Shown: in pieces, positions 14,598-23,572 of the stretch | Numbering within the stretch: the stretch's first letter is position 1 | How the letters are laid out: each line of letters begins with the position of its first letter | DNA from: Armatimonadota bacterium | GTDB taxonomy: Bacteria > Sysuimicrobiota > Sysuimicrobiia > Sysuimicrobiales > Humicultoraceae | Assembly (NCBI GenBank): GCA_037443365.1 | Contig: JBBIOM010000001.1 | Location: 65,693-129,692 of the forward strand | Reading direction: 5' to 3' | DNA length: 64,000 nucleotides | Notes under the pieces: model-generated | The model's input: the letters and a program-made list of their open reading frames with translations, nothing else | The model's database searches: none | Told to the model about the DNA's origin: nothing | Position numbers and translations under genes: made by a program

Positions 14598-15830
14598 CTA
14601 GAAGCTGCCTGCGAGCAGCAGCGCGGTCAGCAGAATCAGCAAAGCGATCGTGGCGCCGGCCACAAGGTTCGCGCCGCGGCCGTTCACGCTGTCGCCCATG
14701 AGGCGCCGGTCATTGACCAGGCGCAGGATGATCACGAGCACCGCGGGCAGGAGAATACCGTTGAGCGCCTGCGACGCTACCATCACCGGGACGAGAGGCA
14801 GCCGCGGCCACAGCACCACGAGCGCGCTGCCCGCCAGCACCGCGAGGAACAGGCCGTAGAAGATGGGCGCCTGCGAAACGGAGCGGTCCAGGCCTGCCTC
14901 CCAGCCGAACGCCTCGCACACCGCGTAGGCGGTGCACAGCGGGATGATCGCGACCGAAAACACGGCGGCGTTGAGCAGTCCGATGGCGAAGAGGATGGAG
15001 GCGTACTGCCCCGCCAGAGGGGCCAGCGCTCGCGCCGCGTCCTCGGCGCGAGTCACCTGGATGCCGTGGGGGAAGAGCGTGGCGGCGGTGGCCACGATGA
15101 TGGACCCGGCTACCAGCACCGTGACGAGTGCACCGAGTGTCAGGTCCACGCGCTCCAGGCGGAGGTCGTCCGCGGTCAGGCCCTTGTCCACGACGGACGC
15201 CTGATGGTAGAACTGCATCCACGGCGCTATCGTCGTCCCGATCAACGCGACGAGCAGGAAGACGTAGTCGGTCTCGGGCCGCCACGCGGGCACGACCGTA
15301 GAGCGAAGCGCAGCGCCCCAGTCTGGACGCGCCAGCACCGCCGAGACGGCGTACAGGAGGTAGATGGCGGACGCGCCCAGGAAGATGCGTTCAACCAACC
15401 GGTAGCCGCCGCGCAGGACCAAACCGGCCACCGCCACGGTGACAACGGGAACCCCTACCGCCCGCGGCAGGCCGAAGATCTCCAGGCTGCCAGCCACGCC
15501 CGCGAAGTTCCCGATCGTGTTGGCCGCGTTGGCCAGCACGAGCGCGAACATGATCGCGGCGGTTGCCCGAACCCCGAACTGCTCGCGTATGAGGTCGGCC
15601 AGGCCCATGCCGGTTGTCGCGCCCATGCGCGCCACCATCTCCTGTATGACGATCAGGGCGATCGTGGCGACCGGGAGCGTCCACAGCAGAGCGTAGCCGA
15701 AGTGCGCGCCGGCGGTGGAGTACGTGGCGATACCGTTGGCGTCGTTGTCCACCGCCGCGGTGATGATCCCGGGGCCTGCCACCGTCAGGAACAGCGCGAG
15801 GCCCATCCAGCGGCGCCTGAGCCAGGACAA
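14598..15830 (-). CDS. NRAMP-related divalent metal (probably Mg2+) transporter, NRMT type
   Basis: GPGIITAAVDNDANGIATYS in TM1 and GTTIAPWMQF in TM6, instead of the canonical DPGN/MPH of Mn-type Nramp. Multiple hydrophobic segments. Confidence 0.85.
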   Translation of the reverse strand: MSWLRRRWMGLALFLTVAGPGIITAAVDNDANGIATYSTAGAHFGYALLWTLPVATIALIVIQEMVARMGATTGMGLADLIREQFGVRATAAIMFALVLANAANTIGNFAGVAGSLEIFGLPRAVGVPVVTVAVAGLVLRGGYRLVERIFLGASAIYLLYAVSAVLARPDWGAALRSTVVPAWRPETDYVFLLVALIGTTIAPWMQFYHQASVVDKGLTADDLRLERVDLTLGALVTVLVAGSIIVATAATLFPHGIQVTRAEDAARALAPLAGQYASILFAIGLLNAAVFSVAIIPLCTAYAVCEAFGWEAGLDRSVSQAPIFYGLFLAVLAGSALVVLWPRLPLVPVMVASQALNGILLPAVLVIILRLVNDRRLMGDSVNGRGANLVAGATIALLILLTALLLAGSF

Positions 15831-15836
15831 ACCCGT

Positions 15837-17123
15837 CTACCCTCGCCGCACCCTGCGGAGGCGCTCCAGACGGCGCGGCATCCGCTCGCCCAACCGCTCG
15901 GCCAGCAGATCCATCACGTCGTCCACCAGAACGGTGCCCAAGAGGCGGTCCTGCGCGTCCACCACCGGAATAGCCAGGAGATCGTACTTGATCAGCGCAG
16001 CCGCGGCGGCTTCCTCGCTCTCGTCGGCGCGCACGGCTATCACGTCCTGGGATGCGATCTCCAACACGGGGGTCTGCGGGTCCGCTATCAGCAATCCTCG
16101 AAGCGAGAGGACCCCGGCCAGCCTCCCGTCGGGGCGGATGACGTACAGGTAGTAGATCGCCTCGGCGTCGGGTGCCAGCTCGCGGAGGTGCGCGATCGCC
16201 TGCCCTGCCGAGTGGGAGTCGGGTATCGCGATGAAGCTCGGCGTCATGCGTCCCCCGGCCGAGGCCGGAGGGTACGCGAGGAGCCGGGAGACCTCGGCCC
16301 CGGCCTCGGGCTCCATGCGCACGATAAGGTCTGTCGCGGTCTCTTCCGGGAGTTCGGCCAGCGCATCCGCAGCCTCGTCGGGCTCCATCTCCTCCAGGAT
16401 GTCCGAGGCGCGCTCAGCCGGAAGCGACCGCAGGATGTTGGCCTGCACCTCCGGCTCGGCCGCCTCGAGCACCTCGGCCGCGTCCTCCTGGGATAGGGCC
16501 GACATGACCTCCATGCGCCCCTCCCTGTCCATCTCGGTAAGCAGGTCCGCCAGATCGGCCGGGTGGATTGCTTCCAGCCGCTCCCTGGAGATGTGCAGCT
16601 TCAGGGGTGTGACCGGCCCCCCCAGAGCAGCCACCACGGTCCACGGCAGGGCCTGGTCGGCGAGGGAACGTCCCATCCACCGCAGGACGGATCGCACGGC
16701 GGCCTCGGCGCCAAGGCGCCGCAGGAGCCCGCCGAGCCCCACGTCCACGCCGGTCAGGTAGAGCTCGCCGTCGCCCGGGGAGAGAAACAGATCGTTGACC
16801 TTCACGATGCGCAGGCCGTGGGTATCCACGACCTGCTTGTCCAAGAGGGATTCTCGCAGAGGGATCTCGTCGGGCTGGAGCGGGCGAGGGCTGAGCGCGG
16901 CCCGAGGCACATCCAGCGTGACCGCGGGCTCCATGTCGCGGACCGCGCTCCAGGGAATCAGCGCGACCCGAGGGCGATCTACATCAAGCAGCAGTCCGAC
17001 GATGCGCGGGCGGGTGGGATGGACCTCAGCGGCCAGGTCGGCCAGGCGCCCCAGCACGAAGCCTTCGGCATCCTGCACCCGCCTGCCCAGCAACCGGCTG
17101 AAGGGCAGAGACACGACCTGCAA
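15837..17123 (-). CDS. Soluble MgtE intracellular-domain protein (PRC-barrel + MgtE_N + CBS pair, no TM domain)
   Basis: LLDKQVVDTHG, IHPADLADLL, LEEMEPDEAADAL, AGGRMT, IYYLYV, KYDLLAIPVVD...DDVMD. Ends without membrane helices. TTG start after AGGAG. Confidence 0.88.
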   Translation of the reverse strand: MQVVSLPFSRLLGRRVQDAEGFVLGRLADLAAEVHPTRPRIVGLLLDVDRPRVALIPWSAVRDMEPAVTLDVPRAALSPRPLQPDEIPLRESLLDKQVVDTHGLRIVKVNDLFLSPGDGELYLTGVDVGLGGLLRRLGAEAAVRSVLRWMGRSLADQALPWTVVAALGGPVTPLKLHISRERLEAIHPADLADLLTEMDREGRMEVMSALSQEDAAEVLEAAEPEVQANILRSLPAERASDILEEMEPDEAADALAELPEETATDLIVRMEPEAGAEVSRLLAYPPASAGGRMTPSFIAIPDSHSAGQAIAHLRELAPDAEAIYYLYVIRPDGRLAGVLSLRGLLIADPQTPVLEIASQDVIAVRADESEEAAAAALIKYDLLAIPVVDAQDRLLGTVLVDDVMDLLAERLGERMPRRLERLRRVRRG

Positions 17124-17184
17124 GGGGAGGCTCCTGCGCGCCTTCGTCTGCGTTCATGTAGCAGTCACCGCGCACCCCTGACCC

Positions 17185-17214
17185 AATATACGAGCAGGCG
17201 TGCGGAGCCGTCAA
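17185..17214 (-). promoter_or_regulatory. Sigma70-type promoter for the MgtE-N/NRMT pair
   Basis: Minus strand TTGACG-18 nt-TATATT. Confidence 0.65.
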
Positions 17215-17219
17215 GGAAT

Positions 17220-17238
17220 CAGGGGAACTCCTCCCCTG
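17220..17238 (-). terminator. Hairpin after cdd, possible intrinsic terminator
   Basis: CAGGGGA-5 nt-TCCCCTG inverted repeat, followed on the minus strand by ATTCCTT. Confidence 0.45.
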
Positions 17239-17247
17239 GTCGCCGGG

Positions 17248-17691
17248 CTAGCGCGATCCCAGGTGGGAGGAATCGAACGGCAGGCTCAGCAGATCGTTCA
17301 GGCAGAAGACCCGGGGCGCGCCCCTGGGCGCTGCCACGATGACCTCGCGCACCCCGAACTCGAGCATCACCTGGCGGCACGCGCCGCAAGGCATGGCGGC
17401 CGGGGGCCCGGAAACTACGGCGACCGCGCGCAGCCGGCGGTGCCCCTCGGCCACGGCGCGGTGGATCGCGACCCGCTCGGCGCACAGTGACAACCCGTAC
17501 GAAGCGTTCTCCACGTTGCAGCCGGCGATCACCGCTCCAGACGCGGTCAGCACCGCGGCGCCCACCGAATAGCACGAGTAGGGCGAATACGAGCGCCCGC
17601 GGGCCGCACGCGCCGCGCGCACCAGTGCACGCAGCGCCGGGTGCGGCGTCTGCGGGGGGTGCGGACGAGGCAGGGGGCGTTTCACTCGCAT
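17248..17691 (-). CDS. cdd: Cytidine deaminase (homotetrameric type)
   Basis: YSPYS, VGAA, GCNVENASYGLSLCAER, PCGACRQ. Start reassigned to ATG 17691 (TGATG overlap with the upstream gene). Confidence 0.95.
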   Translation of the reverse strand: MRVKRPLPRPHPPQTPHPALRALVRAARAARGRSYSPYSCYSVGAAVLTASGAVIAGCNVENASYGLSLCAERVAIHRAVAEGHRRLRAVAVVSGPPAAMPCGACRQVMLEFGVREVIVAAPRGAPRVFCLNDLLSLPFDSSHLGSR

Positions 17692-18305
17692 CAACTCTTC
17701 GGCGACCCGCCCTCCGGCGTGTGGGGCGGCGTTGCGATGCCGGCCGAGATGACGAGCTTCAGCGCATCCTCCACGCTCATCTCCAGCGGGGTGATCTGGT
17801 GCTCGGGAACGAGGCACAGGAAGCCTGTCGTGGGGTTGGGGGTCGTGACCACGAAGACGTTCACGAGGTGCTCGGCGGTCTTCGCCTGCACCTCCCCCCG
17901 CGTCTCGCCCGTGAGGAATCCCACGGTGAAGAGGCCTGGACGCGGCCATTCGAGCAGCACGGCCCGCCTGAATGCCCCGCGCTTCTGCTGCAAGAGCGCG
18001 TCGCTGATCTGCTTGGTCGCGAAGTAGACGGTCCTGGCCAGGGGGATGCGCATCATCAGGGAGTCGAACAACTGGACGATGCGGCCCCCGATGATGTTGC
18101 TGGCCATGGTCCCCGCCGCCAGGATCAACAGGAACCCGGCCAGCAACCCCAGCCCAGGGATCCTGAAACCCAATACGCGGGCGAAGAATGGACCCAACAG
18201 GTTGTCGAGGAATCGGAACAGGAACAGCAGCACGAAGACCGTCACGCCCAGCGGCAGGGTCACCAGCAGCCCTGCGATGAGGTGCCTCCGGAAGTGGTGC
18301 AGCAT
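17691..18305 (-). CDS. DUF502 family membrane protein
   Basis: RHLIAGLLVTLP, RIPLARTVY, VFVVTTPNPTTGFL, MSVEDALKLVISAG. Confidence 0.9.
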   Translation of the reverse strand: MLHHFRRHLIAGLLVTLPLGVTVFVLLFLFRFLDNLLGPFFARVLGFRIPGLGLLAGFLLILAAGTMASNIIGGRIVQLFDSLMMRIPLARTVYFATKQISDALLQQKRGAFRRAVLLEWPRPGLFTVGFLTGETRGEVQAKTAEHLVNVFVVTTPNPTTGFLCLVPEHQITPLEMSVEDALKLVISAGIATPPHTPEGGSPKS

Positions 18306-19585
18306 CAGCCGTCGGGCTCCAGGTCGGGGGCCGTCTTCGTGACCCGCACCAGCTCGATACTGCGGCCCTCTACCCGCTCGACCGAGAGCTCAACATCGCC
18401 AGAGACCACGCGCTCCCCCTGAACAGGAATGTGCCCCAGCAGGCTGTAGACGAACCCGCCCAGCGAGTCGGCCTCGCCCACGGGCAACTCCAGGCCGAGC
18501 GCGGAGTTGACTTCCTCGATGTGCAGGCGGCCGTCCACCAGCGCGACGCCCTCGCCAATCGCCGTGATCGGCGCGTCTTCCTTGTCGTACTCGTCGCGAA
18601 TCGGCCCCACGATCTCCTCGAGAAGGTCCTCTATCGTCACCAGCCCGGCGGTCCCGCCGTACTCGTCCACCGCGATCGCCATGTGAACCTGCCCGCGGCG
18701 CATCTCGCGGAACAGTTCGTCCAGCCGCTTGCTGTCGGGGACGAAATGCGCCGGGCGAGTGAAGTCGCTGACCCTCCCCTCCAGGCGTCCGTCCCTGAAC
18801 CCCGAGATCAGGTCCTTGACGTGCACCAGTCCGACTATCTGATCCACGGTGTCGCGGTAGACCGGGATCCGCGAGTGCGCGTGGGTCCGGACGACATCAA
18901 GCACGGCCTCGATCGGTTCGTCGGACTCGACGCAGACCATGTCCACGCGCGGGACCATCACCTCGCGCACCACCGTGTCGCCGAACTCCATGATCGAGTG
19001 GATCATCTCGCTCTGGTCCTGCTCGAGGATCCCCTGTTCCTCGCCCATGCGCACCAGAACCTGTATCTCCTCCTCGCTCACCATGGGAGCATCGGGCCGT
19101 ACGCGCCCTCCCAGCGGCCGGGCCAGAAGATTCGTGAGAAAGGAGAGGGCTCGGCCGACCGGCGCGAGCAGCACCGCCAGCAGGGCAACGGGGCGGGCAA
19201 CCATCAAGGAGAGCCGGTCGGCGTGATGCGCGGCAATGGTCTTGGGGGTGATCTCCGCGAGGATCAGCACCGTGAGCGTGACCGCGACGAAGGCGTAGGC
19301 CGGTCCCTTCTCGTGCCCGAGCAGCCTCACCAGGAGCGTCGTCGCGACAACCGCCGCGGCGGTATTCACCATGTTGTTGCCGATCAGGAGGGCGGAGAGA
19401 AGCCGGGCAGGGTTGTCCAGCAGGCCCAGCGCGACCCGGGCCCGCCCGCTGCCCTCCTCGCGCAGGTGCCGCAGCTTGAGGCGGTTGGCCGTGAACAGGG
19501 CCGTCTCCGATCCCGAGAACAGAGCAGAGAGCAGGAGTAGTAGCCCCAGTACCACGACTTCGACTGCATAACTTGACGCTTCCAA
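18305..19585 (-). CDS. HlyC/CorC (CNNM + CBS + CorC_HlyC) family transporter
   Basis: SALFSGSETAL, LLIGNNMVN, AEITPK, VREVMVPRVDM, HSRIPVY, VDEYGGTAGLVTIEDLLEEIVG. Confidence 0.93.
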   Translation of the reverse strand: MEASSYAVEVVVLGLLLLLSALFSGSETALFTANRLKLRHLREEGSGRARVALGLLDNPARLLSALLIGNNMVNTAAAVVATTLLVRLLGHEKGPAYAFVAVTLTVLILAEITPKTIAAHHADRLSLMVARPVALLAVLLAPVGRALSFLTNLLARPLGGRVRPDAPMVSEEEIQVLVRMGEEQGILEQDQSEMIHSIMEFGDTVVREVMVPRVDMVCVESDEPIEAVLDVVRTHAHSRIPVYRDTVDQIVGLVHVKDLISGFRDGRLEGRVSDFTRPAHFVPDSKRLDELFREMRRGQVHMAIAVDEYGGTAGLVTIEDLLEEIVGPIRDEYDKEDAPITAIGEGVALVDGRLHIEEVNSALGLELPVGEADSLGGFVYSLLGHIPVQGERVVSGDVELSVERVEGRSIELVRVTKTAPDLEPDG

Positions 19586-19633
19586 GGAGGATCTTGCCTG
19601 CCTTCTTGGCCACCCGGGCGCCGAACCGCTCCG

Positions 19634-19642
19634 ATTATATCA
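19634..19642 (-). promoter_or_regulatory. Extended -10 promoter upstream of the CorC-family gene
   Basis: Minus strand TGaTATAAT in the dgkA-corC gap. Confidence 0.6.
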
Positions 19643-19647
19643 CAGGC

Positions 19648-20112
19648 CTATCGCCGCGCACCCGAACGCCAGACAGCCAGGCCCGCGCAGACAAGCACCC
19701 CAACAAGAACAGCGGCCCGGCCGGCAGCGAGGGCGTCGGCGGGGCCAATACCAACCGCGGTCGCCACCGGGGGCCCCAGGACGATGACTCCGACGATCGC
19801 CGCGCCCGCGGCGGCAACCAGCACCGCAGCCGCGCTCAAGTCCTTGGCACGAGCGGCCGTGGCATCGCGCCGCCCCCCGGCAAGCATGTCGACCACCGTC
19901 TCGATCGCGGTGTTCACAAGCTCCACGGAGAGCACCGCGACCATCACGACGACCAGAACGGCCGTGTCCGCGACCGGCAGCTCGAGCCACATCACCGCCA
20001 CGGAGACCGCGCATGCGATCAGGACTTGGATCCTCATGGTTCGCTGGGAATTCATCGCCTCGACCAGCCCACGGCCCGCGTACTCGAAGCTATGCCAGAG
20101 GGTGCGCCGCAT
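19648..20112 (-). CDS. dgkA: Diacylglycerol/undecaprenol kinase
   Basis: SFEYAGRGL, ELVNTAIETVVD, AKDLSAAAVL. Lies downstream of ybeY. Confidence 0.92.
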   Translation of the reverse strand: MRRTLWHSFEYAGRGLVEAMNSQRTMRIQVLIACAVSVAVMWLELPVADTAVLVVVMVAVLSVELVNTAIETVVDMLAGGRRDATAARAKDLSAAAVLVAAAGAAIVGVIVLGPPVATAVGIGPADALAAGRAAVLVGVLVCAGLAVWRSGARR

Positions 20113-20121
20113 GCTCTTGCC

Positions 20122-20592
20122 CTACCTCCTTTTGCCGAAGATCCGCGCCAGGATCCTTCGCTCGTGCGTCCTCATGAGCCGCGCTTCACCCGGTGTGCAG
20201 TCGTCGTAGCCACGCAGGTGGAGCAGGCCGTGCACCAGGAGCAACACCACCTCCTGGCGGACTGGCCAACCGGCGTCGCGCGCCTGGGCGCGCGCCCGCT
20301 CCAACGAGATCAGTATCTCGCCGAGCGGCGGCGCCGGAGGGACGGAGCGGCCCCGGGAGCCACGCCGGCCCCGGGGGGTCGTCTCGCCAGGAAAGGCCAG
20401 CACGTCGGTCGGCCGCCGCTGCCCCAGAAACCGGCGGTTGATGCGACTGATCGTGGCGTCATCCACCAGGGCGATCTCGACTCGGGTCCCGCGGGGGCAG
20501 CGAGTGGCCCGCATCGCCGTCAGGGCGGCGTCCCTGAGAAGCCAAAGCGGGATCGAGTGCCGCGCGCCCGACGTGACGATGTCAACCTGCAC
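20122..20592 (-). CDS. ybeY: rRNA maturation endoribonuclease YbeY
   Basis: INRRF, PTDVLAF, LGEILIS, HGLLHLRGYDD (third His replaced by Asp). Confidence 0.92.
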   Translation of the reverse strand: MQVDIVTSGARHSIPLWLLRDAALTAMRATRCPRGTRVEIALVDDATISRINRRFLGQRRPTDVLAFPGETTPRGRRGSRGRSVPPAPPLGEILISLERARAQARDAGWPVRQEVVLLLVHGLLHLRGYDDCTPGEARLMRTHERRILARIFGKRR

Positions 20593-20601
20593 CAGGATTC
20601 C

Positions 20602-22050
20602 TCAACGGGCCCTGGCCGGACGGTCGCGGCGCCGTCGCGCCAGCTCGCCCTCCAGGTCCGGGTACTCCAGGCGCGGGTGGAGCACCCCGCCCAGGACGCG
20701 CGCGAACGCCACGGCGATCCTGTCAAGATCGCGGAACGTCAGGCCGCACTCGTCGAGCTGGCCGTCCTCGAGCTTGTCCCGGATGATCCTGCGAACCGCG
20801 TCCTCCAACCTGTCAGGGGTAGGCCGGTTGAGTGCTCGTATCGCGGCTTCCGCCGCGTCGGCCAGCATCACGATGGCCGTCTCGCTCGTCTGGGGCTTGG
20901 GACCCTCGTAGCGAAACGCGTGTTCGTCCAGCGGGTCGCCACGCTCTAGGGCCTGGTGGTAGAAGTACGTCAGTAGCGCCGTGCCGTGGTGCTGGGGAAT
21001 GAAGTCGGCCACGCTCTGCGGAAGGCCGTACTCGCGCGCCAGGTCTAGCCCATCCCTCACATGGGCGCCAACGGTGAGCGCCGAGAGGCTCGGCGTCATC
21101 TTGTCGTGGGGGTTGTCGATCCCGCCCTGGTTCTCCACGAAGAACGCCGGACGCCGAAGCTTGCCTATGTCGTGATAGTAGGTGCCCACGCGGGTCAGCA
21201 GCGCATCGGCACCCACGGCCTCTGCCGCCGCCTCGGCCATGTTGGCCACCATCAGGCTGTGGTGGTACGTCCCAGGCGCCTCCAACTGCAGCCGGCGGAG
21301 CAAGGGGTGCGCCGGGCTGGCGAGCTCAAGGAGCTTGATGGGGGTAATCAGCCCGAAGAACTGCTCGAGGAAGGGCAGGAACCCGATGGTGATGACGGCT
21401 GAGAGCAGGCCGCTACCCAGGGCGTATGCCGCGTTGCCCGCGACCGCAGGGTAGACGCCCAGGCCCTCCAGCAGGCCGGTCGCAAGCGCGGCAACCGCAC
21501 AGGCTGCGCCCACAAGCACGCCGGCCGCGCCGATGTCCGACCGGCGGTTCACCTGCCGGCAGGCGAAGGCGCCGACCAGGCCGCCGATGAACGCAGCCAC
21601 GACCACCGAGAACTGCCGCTCGGAGGCAAGGCCGACCAGCACGGCAAGCGCGGCCGACGAGAACAGCGCCGGCCTGGGACGCATCAGGATCGTCAGCAGC
21701 ATCGCTCCCGCGGGCGCGGGCGCAAGGTGGTTGCTGAAGCGCGGCGCTCCGAAGACCTGTGACAGCCCGACCGTCCCCACCATCACGAGACCCCACAGGA
21801 CCAAGAGCCGGTCGCTCTCCCACATGTCGCGCTGGTACAGCCACAGGTAGATCCCTGTCACTCCCAGCACCAGGCCCACGACCACGGCCGCGCCGGCCAG
21901 GCCAGCCCACGCCATCCCTGCCGGGAAGTAGTCCAGGGCGATGATGAAGACGAGGCAGACCAGTGTCGCAAGGCCCAGCAGGACACGCCTCACCCACAAG
22001 GGGCGAATCGCCGCGGGGATCCAACCGGCGCCGATAACCGAGACCTTCAT
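20602..22050 (-). CDS. 7TM-HD phosphohydrolase (PgpH-like c-di-AMP phosphodiesterase) lacking the extracellular domain
   Basis: Multiple TM helices followed by LLEL..P.HPLL, APGTYHHS, YYHDIGK, FFVENQ, QHHGT, FRYEGPKPQ, MLAD. Sits between phoH and ybeY. Confidence 0.9.
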   Translation of the reverse strand: MKVSVIGAGWIPAAIRPLWVRRVLLGLATLVCLVFIIALDYFPAGMAWAGLAGAAVVVGLVLGVTGIYLWLYQRDMWESDRLLVLWGLVMVGTVGLSQVFGAPRFSNHLAPAPAGAMLLTILMRPRPALFSSAALAVLVGLASERQFSVVVAAFIGGLVGAFACRQVNRRSDIGAAGVLVGAACAVAALATGLLEGLGVYPAVAGNAAYALGSGLLSAVITIGFLPFLEQFFGLITPIKLLELASPAHPLLRRLQLEAPGTYHHSLMVANMAEAAAEAVGADALLTRVGTYYHDIGKLRRPAFFVENQGGIDNPHDKMTPSLSALTVGAHVRDGLDLAREYGLPQSVADFIPQHHGTALLTYFYHQALERGDPLDEHAFRYEGPKPQTSETAIVMLADAAEAAIRALNRPTPDRLEDAVRRIIRDKLEDGQLDECGLTFRDLDRIAVAFARVLGGVLHPRLEYPDLEGELARRRRDRPARAR

Positions 22051-23048
22051 TGCGGCGGCGTCCCGGCCGGACCCTCGACCCTGGTCGCCTCGAACCGCTC
22101 GTACGCGCGCACGATCGTCTGGACCAACTCGTGACGCACAACATCGCCCTCGGTGAGCTCCACGAACGCGATTCCCGCCACGCCCTTGAGCACCTCGCGG
22201 GCTTCCACCATGCCCGAGGCCCGGTCACGCGGGAGATCTATCTGCGTGATGTCCCCGGTGACTACCGCCTTGGAGCCGAACCCCAGGCGCGTCAGGAACA
22301 TCTTCATCTGCTCACGGGTGGTGTTCTGCGCCTCGTCCAGGATGATGAAGGCCTCGTTGAGCGTGCGCCCGCGCATGAACGCCAGCGGCGCCACCTCGAT
22401 GACCCCGCGCTCGCTGAGCCGGCCGAAACGCTCTGGGCCGATCATCTCGTAGAGGGCGTCATAGAGCGGCCGCAGGTAAGGGTCCACCTTGGCCGCGATG
22501 TCTCCCGGCAGGAAGCCCAGCTTCTCACCCGCCTCGATCGCCGGGCGTGTCAGCACGAGGCGCTGCACGCTGCGGTCGCGCAGCGCCAGGGCGGCCATTG
22601 CGACCGCCAGATAGGTCTTGCCTGTCCCGGCCGGCCCGACCGCAAAGGTGAGATCGTGCCGGCGCATGGCCTCGATATAGGCGCGCTGCCCGGGCGTACG
22701 CGCGGCGATCGGCTTGCCGCCAGCGGTCACCACAAGGGTGTCGCCGCCCAGCGTGACGTCCCCGGCCGCGCCCGTGGCCCGGCCCCGGCGGATGGCGCGG
22801 CGCAGATCGGAAGGGACTACCTCGCGCCCCGACCCGGCGGATGCCACGATCTGCCCCAGCACCCGCACCGCCAGGTCCACCTGTGAAGCGCCCCCGCGCA
22901 CGACCAGCGCCTGGCCGCGCAGCGTGACCGACGCGCCGGTCTCTTCCTCTATGACACGGAGGAGGGCATCCTCGTGGCCGAGCACGGCAACGGCCTCGAT
23001 GCCGGATGAGAGGGGGACAATGACCTCGCTGGTCCCAGGCTGCGCCAA
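22047..23048 (-). CDS. phoH: PhoH-family ATPase
   Basis: GPAGTGKTYLA, RPAIEAGEKLGFLPGD, APLAFMRGRTL, DEAQN, GDITQIDL. Confidence 0.97.
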   Translation of the reverse strand: MAQPGTSEVIVPLSSGIEAVAVLGHEDALLRVIEEETGASVTLRGQALVVRGGASQVDLAVRVLGQIVASAGSGREVVPSDLRRAIRRGRATGAAGDVTLGGDTLVVTAGGKPIAARTPGQRAYIEAMRRHDLTFAVGPAGTGKTYLAVAMAALALRDRSVQRLVLTRPAIEAGEKLGFLPGDIAAKVDPYLRPLYDALYEMIGPERFGRLSERGVIEVAPLAFMRGRTLNEAFIILDEAQNTTREQMKMFLTRLGFGSKAVVTGDITQIDLPRDRASGMVEAREVLKGVAGIAFVELTEGDVVRHELVQTIVRAYERFEATRVEGPAGTPPQ

Positions 23049-23110
23049 TCGGGCCTCCTGTTGCGCTCACCTTCGGCAGGCGGCGGTGAGCCTCCTCCCG
23101 CGCGGGCCGG

Positions 23111-23563
23111 TCAGGCGAACGCGCGAAGCCGGCGCAGGAGGGGCCTGCGCGCAGCCGGACTGCGCGGCACCACCAGTATGGTGTTGTCGCCGGCCACGGT
23201 CCCGGCCACCTCGGGCCAGGCAGCCACGTCTATGGCCTCCGCCACCGCGCCGGCGCTTCCCAGGGTGGTCTTGACCAGGACAAGACCGCTGCCTTCCTCC
23301 ACGTTCACCAGGTATTCAGCGAACGCGCGGCGCAACCTGGCCTCGGCGTCGGCGGCCGAGGGGCGCATTGCCGAGGGCGCCTGGTACCTGTAGCCGCCGT
23401 CGCCGGTTGGGACCTTGACCAGGCCCAGGCGCCGGATGTCGCGCGAGACCGTGGCCTGCGTCACCCTGACCCCGGCGCGGCGCAGCGCGGCCACCAGGCC
23501 GGACTGGGTCCCCACGGGGTGACGGGCGACGATCCGAAGCAGCAGGCGGTCTCTCTTGCGCAC
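23111..23563 (-). CDS. argR: Arginine repressor
   Basis: VTQATVSRDI, KTTLGSA, GTVAGDNT. Confidence 0.95.
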   Translation of the reverse strand: MRKRDRLLLRIVARHPVGTQSGLVAALRRAGVRVTQATVSRDIRRLGLVKVPTGDGGYRYQAPSAMRPSAADAEARLRRAFAEYLVNVEEGSGLVLVKTTLGSAGAVAEAIDVAAWPEVAGTVAGDNTILVVPRSPAARRPLLRRLRAFA

Positions 23564-23572
23564 AGGCAGCCC

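Noticed and set aside
14040-16496. Long ORFs antisense to or overlapping real genes (e.g. 818 aa at 14040-16496 +, 585 aa at 26698-28455 +, 516 aa at 38205-39755 -)
   Set aside because: Shadow ORFs expected at high GC. They have low-complexity Arg/Gly/Ala/Pro translations, no motifs, and fully overlap well-supported genes.
17195-17240. Fluoride-riboswitch-like string GGGGAGGAGTTCCCC...TGACGGCTCC on the minus strand
   Set aside because: It lacks the conserved U of GAUG and the P2 hairpin, and the downstream genes are not fluoride-related. It is better explained as a hairpin plus a -35 box.
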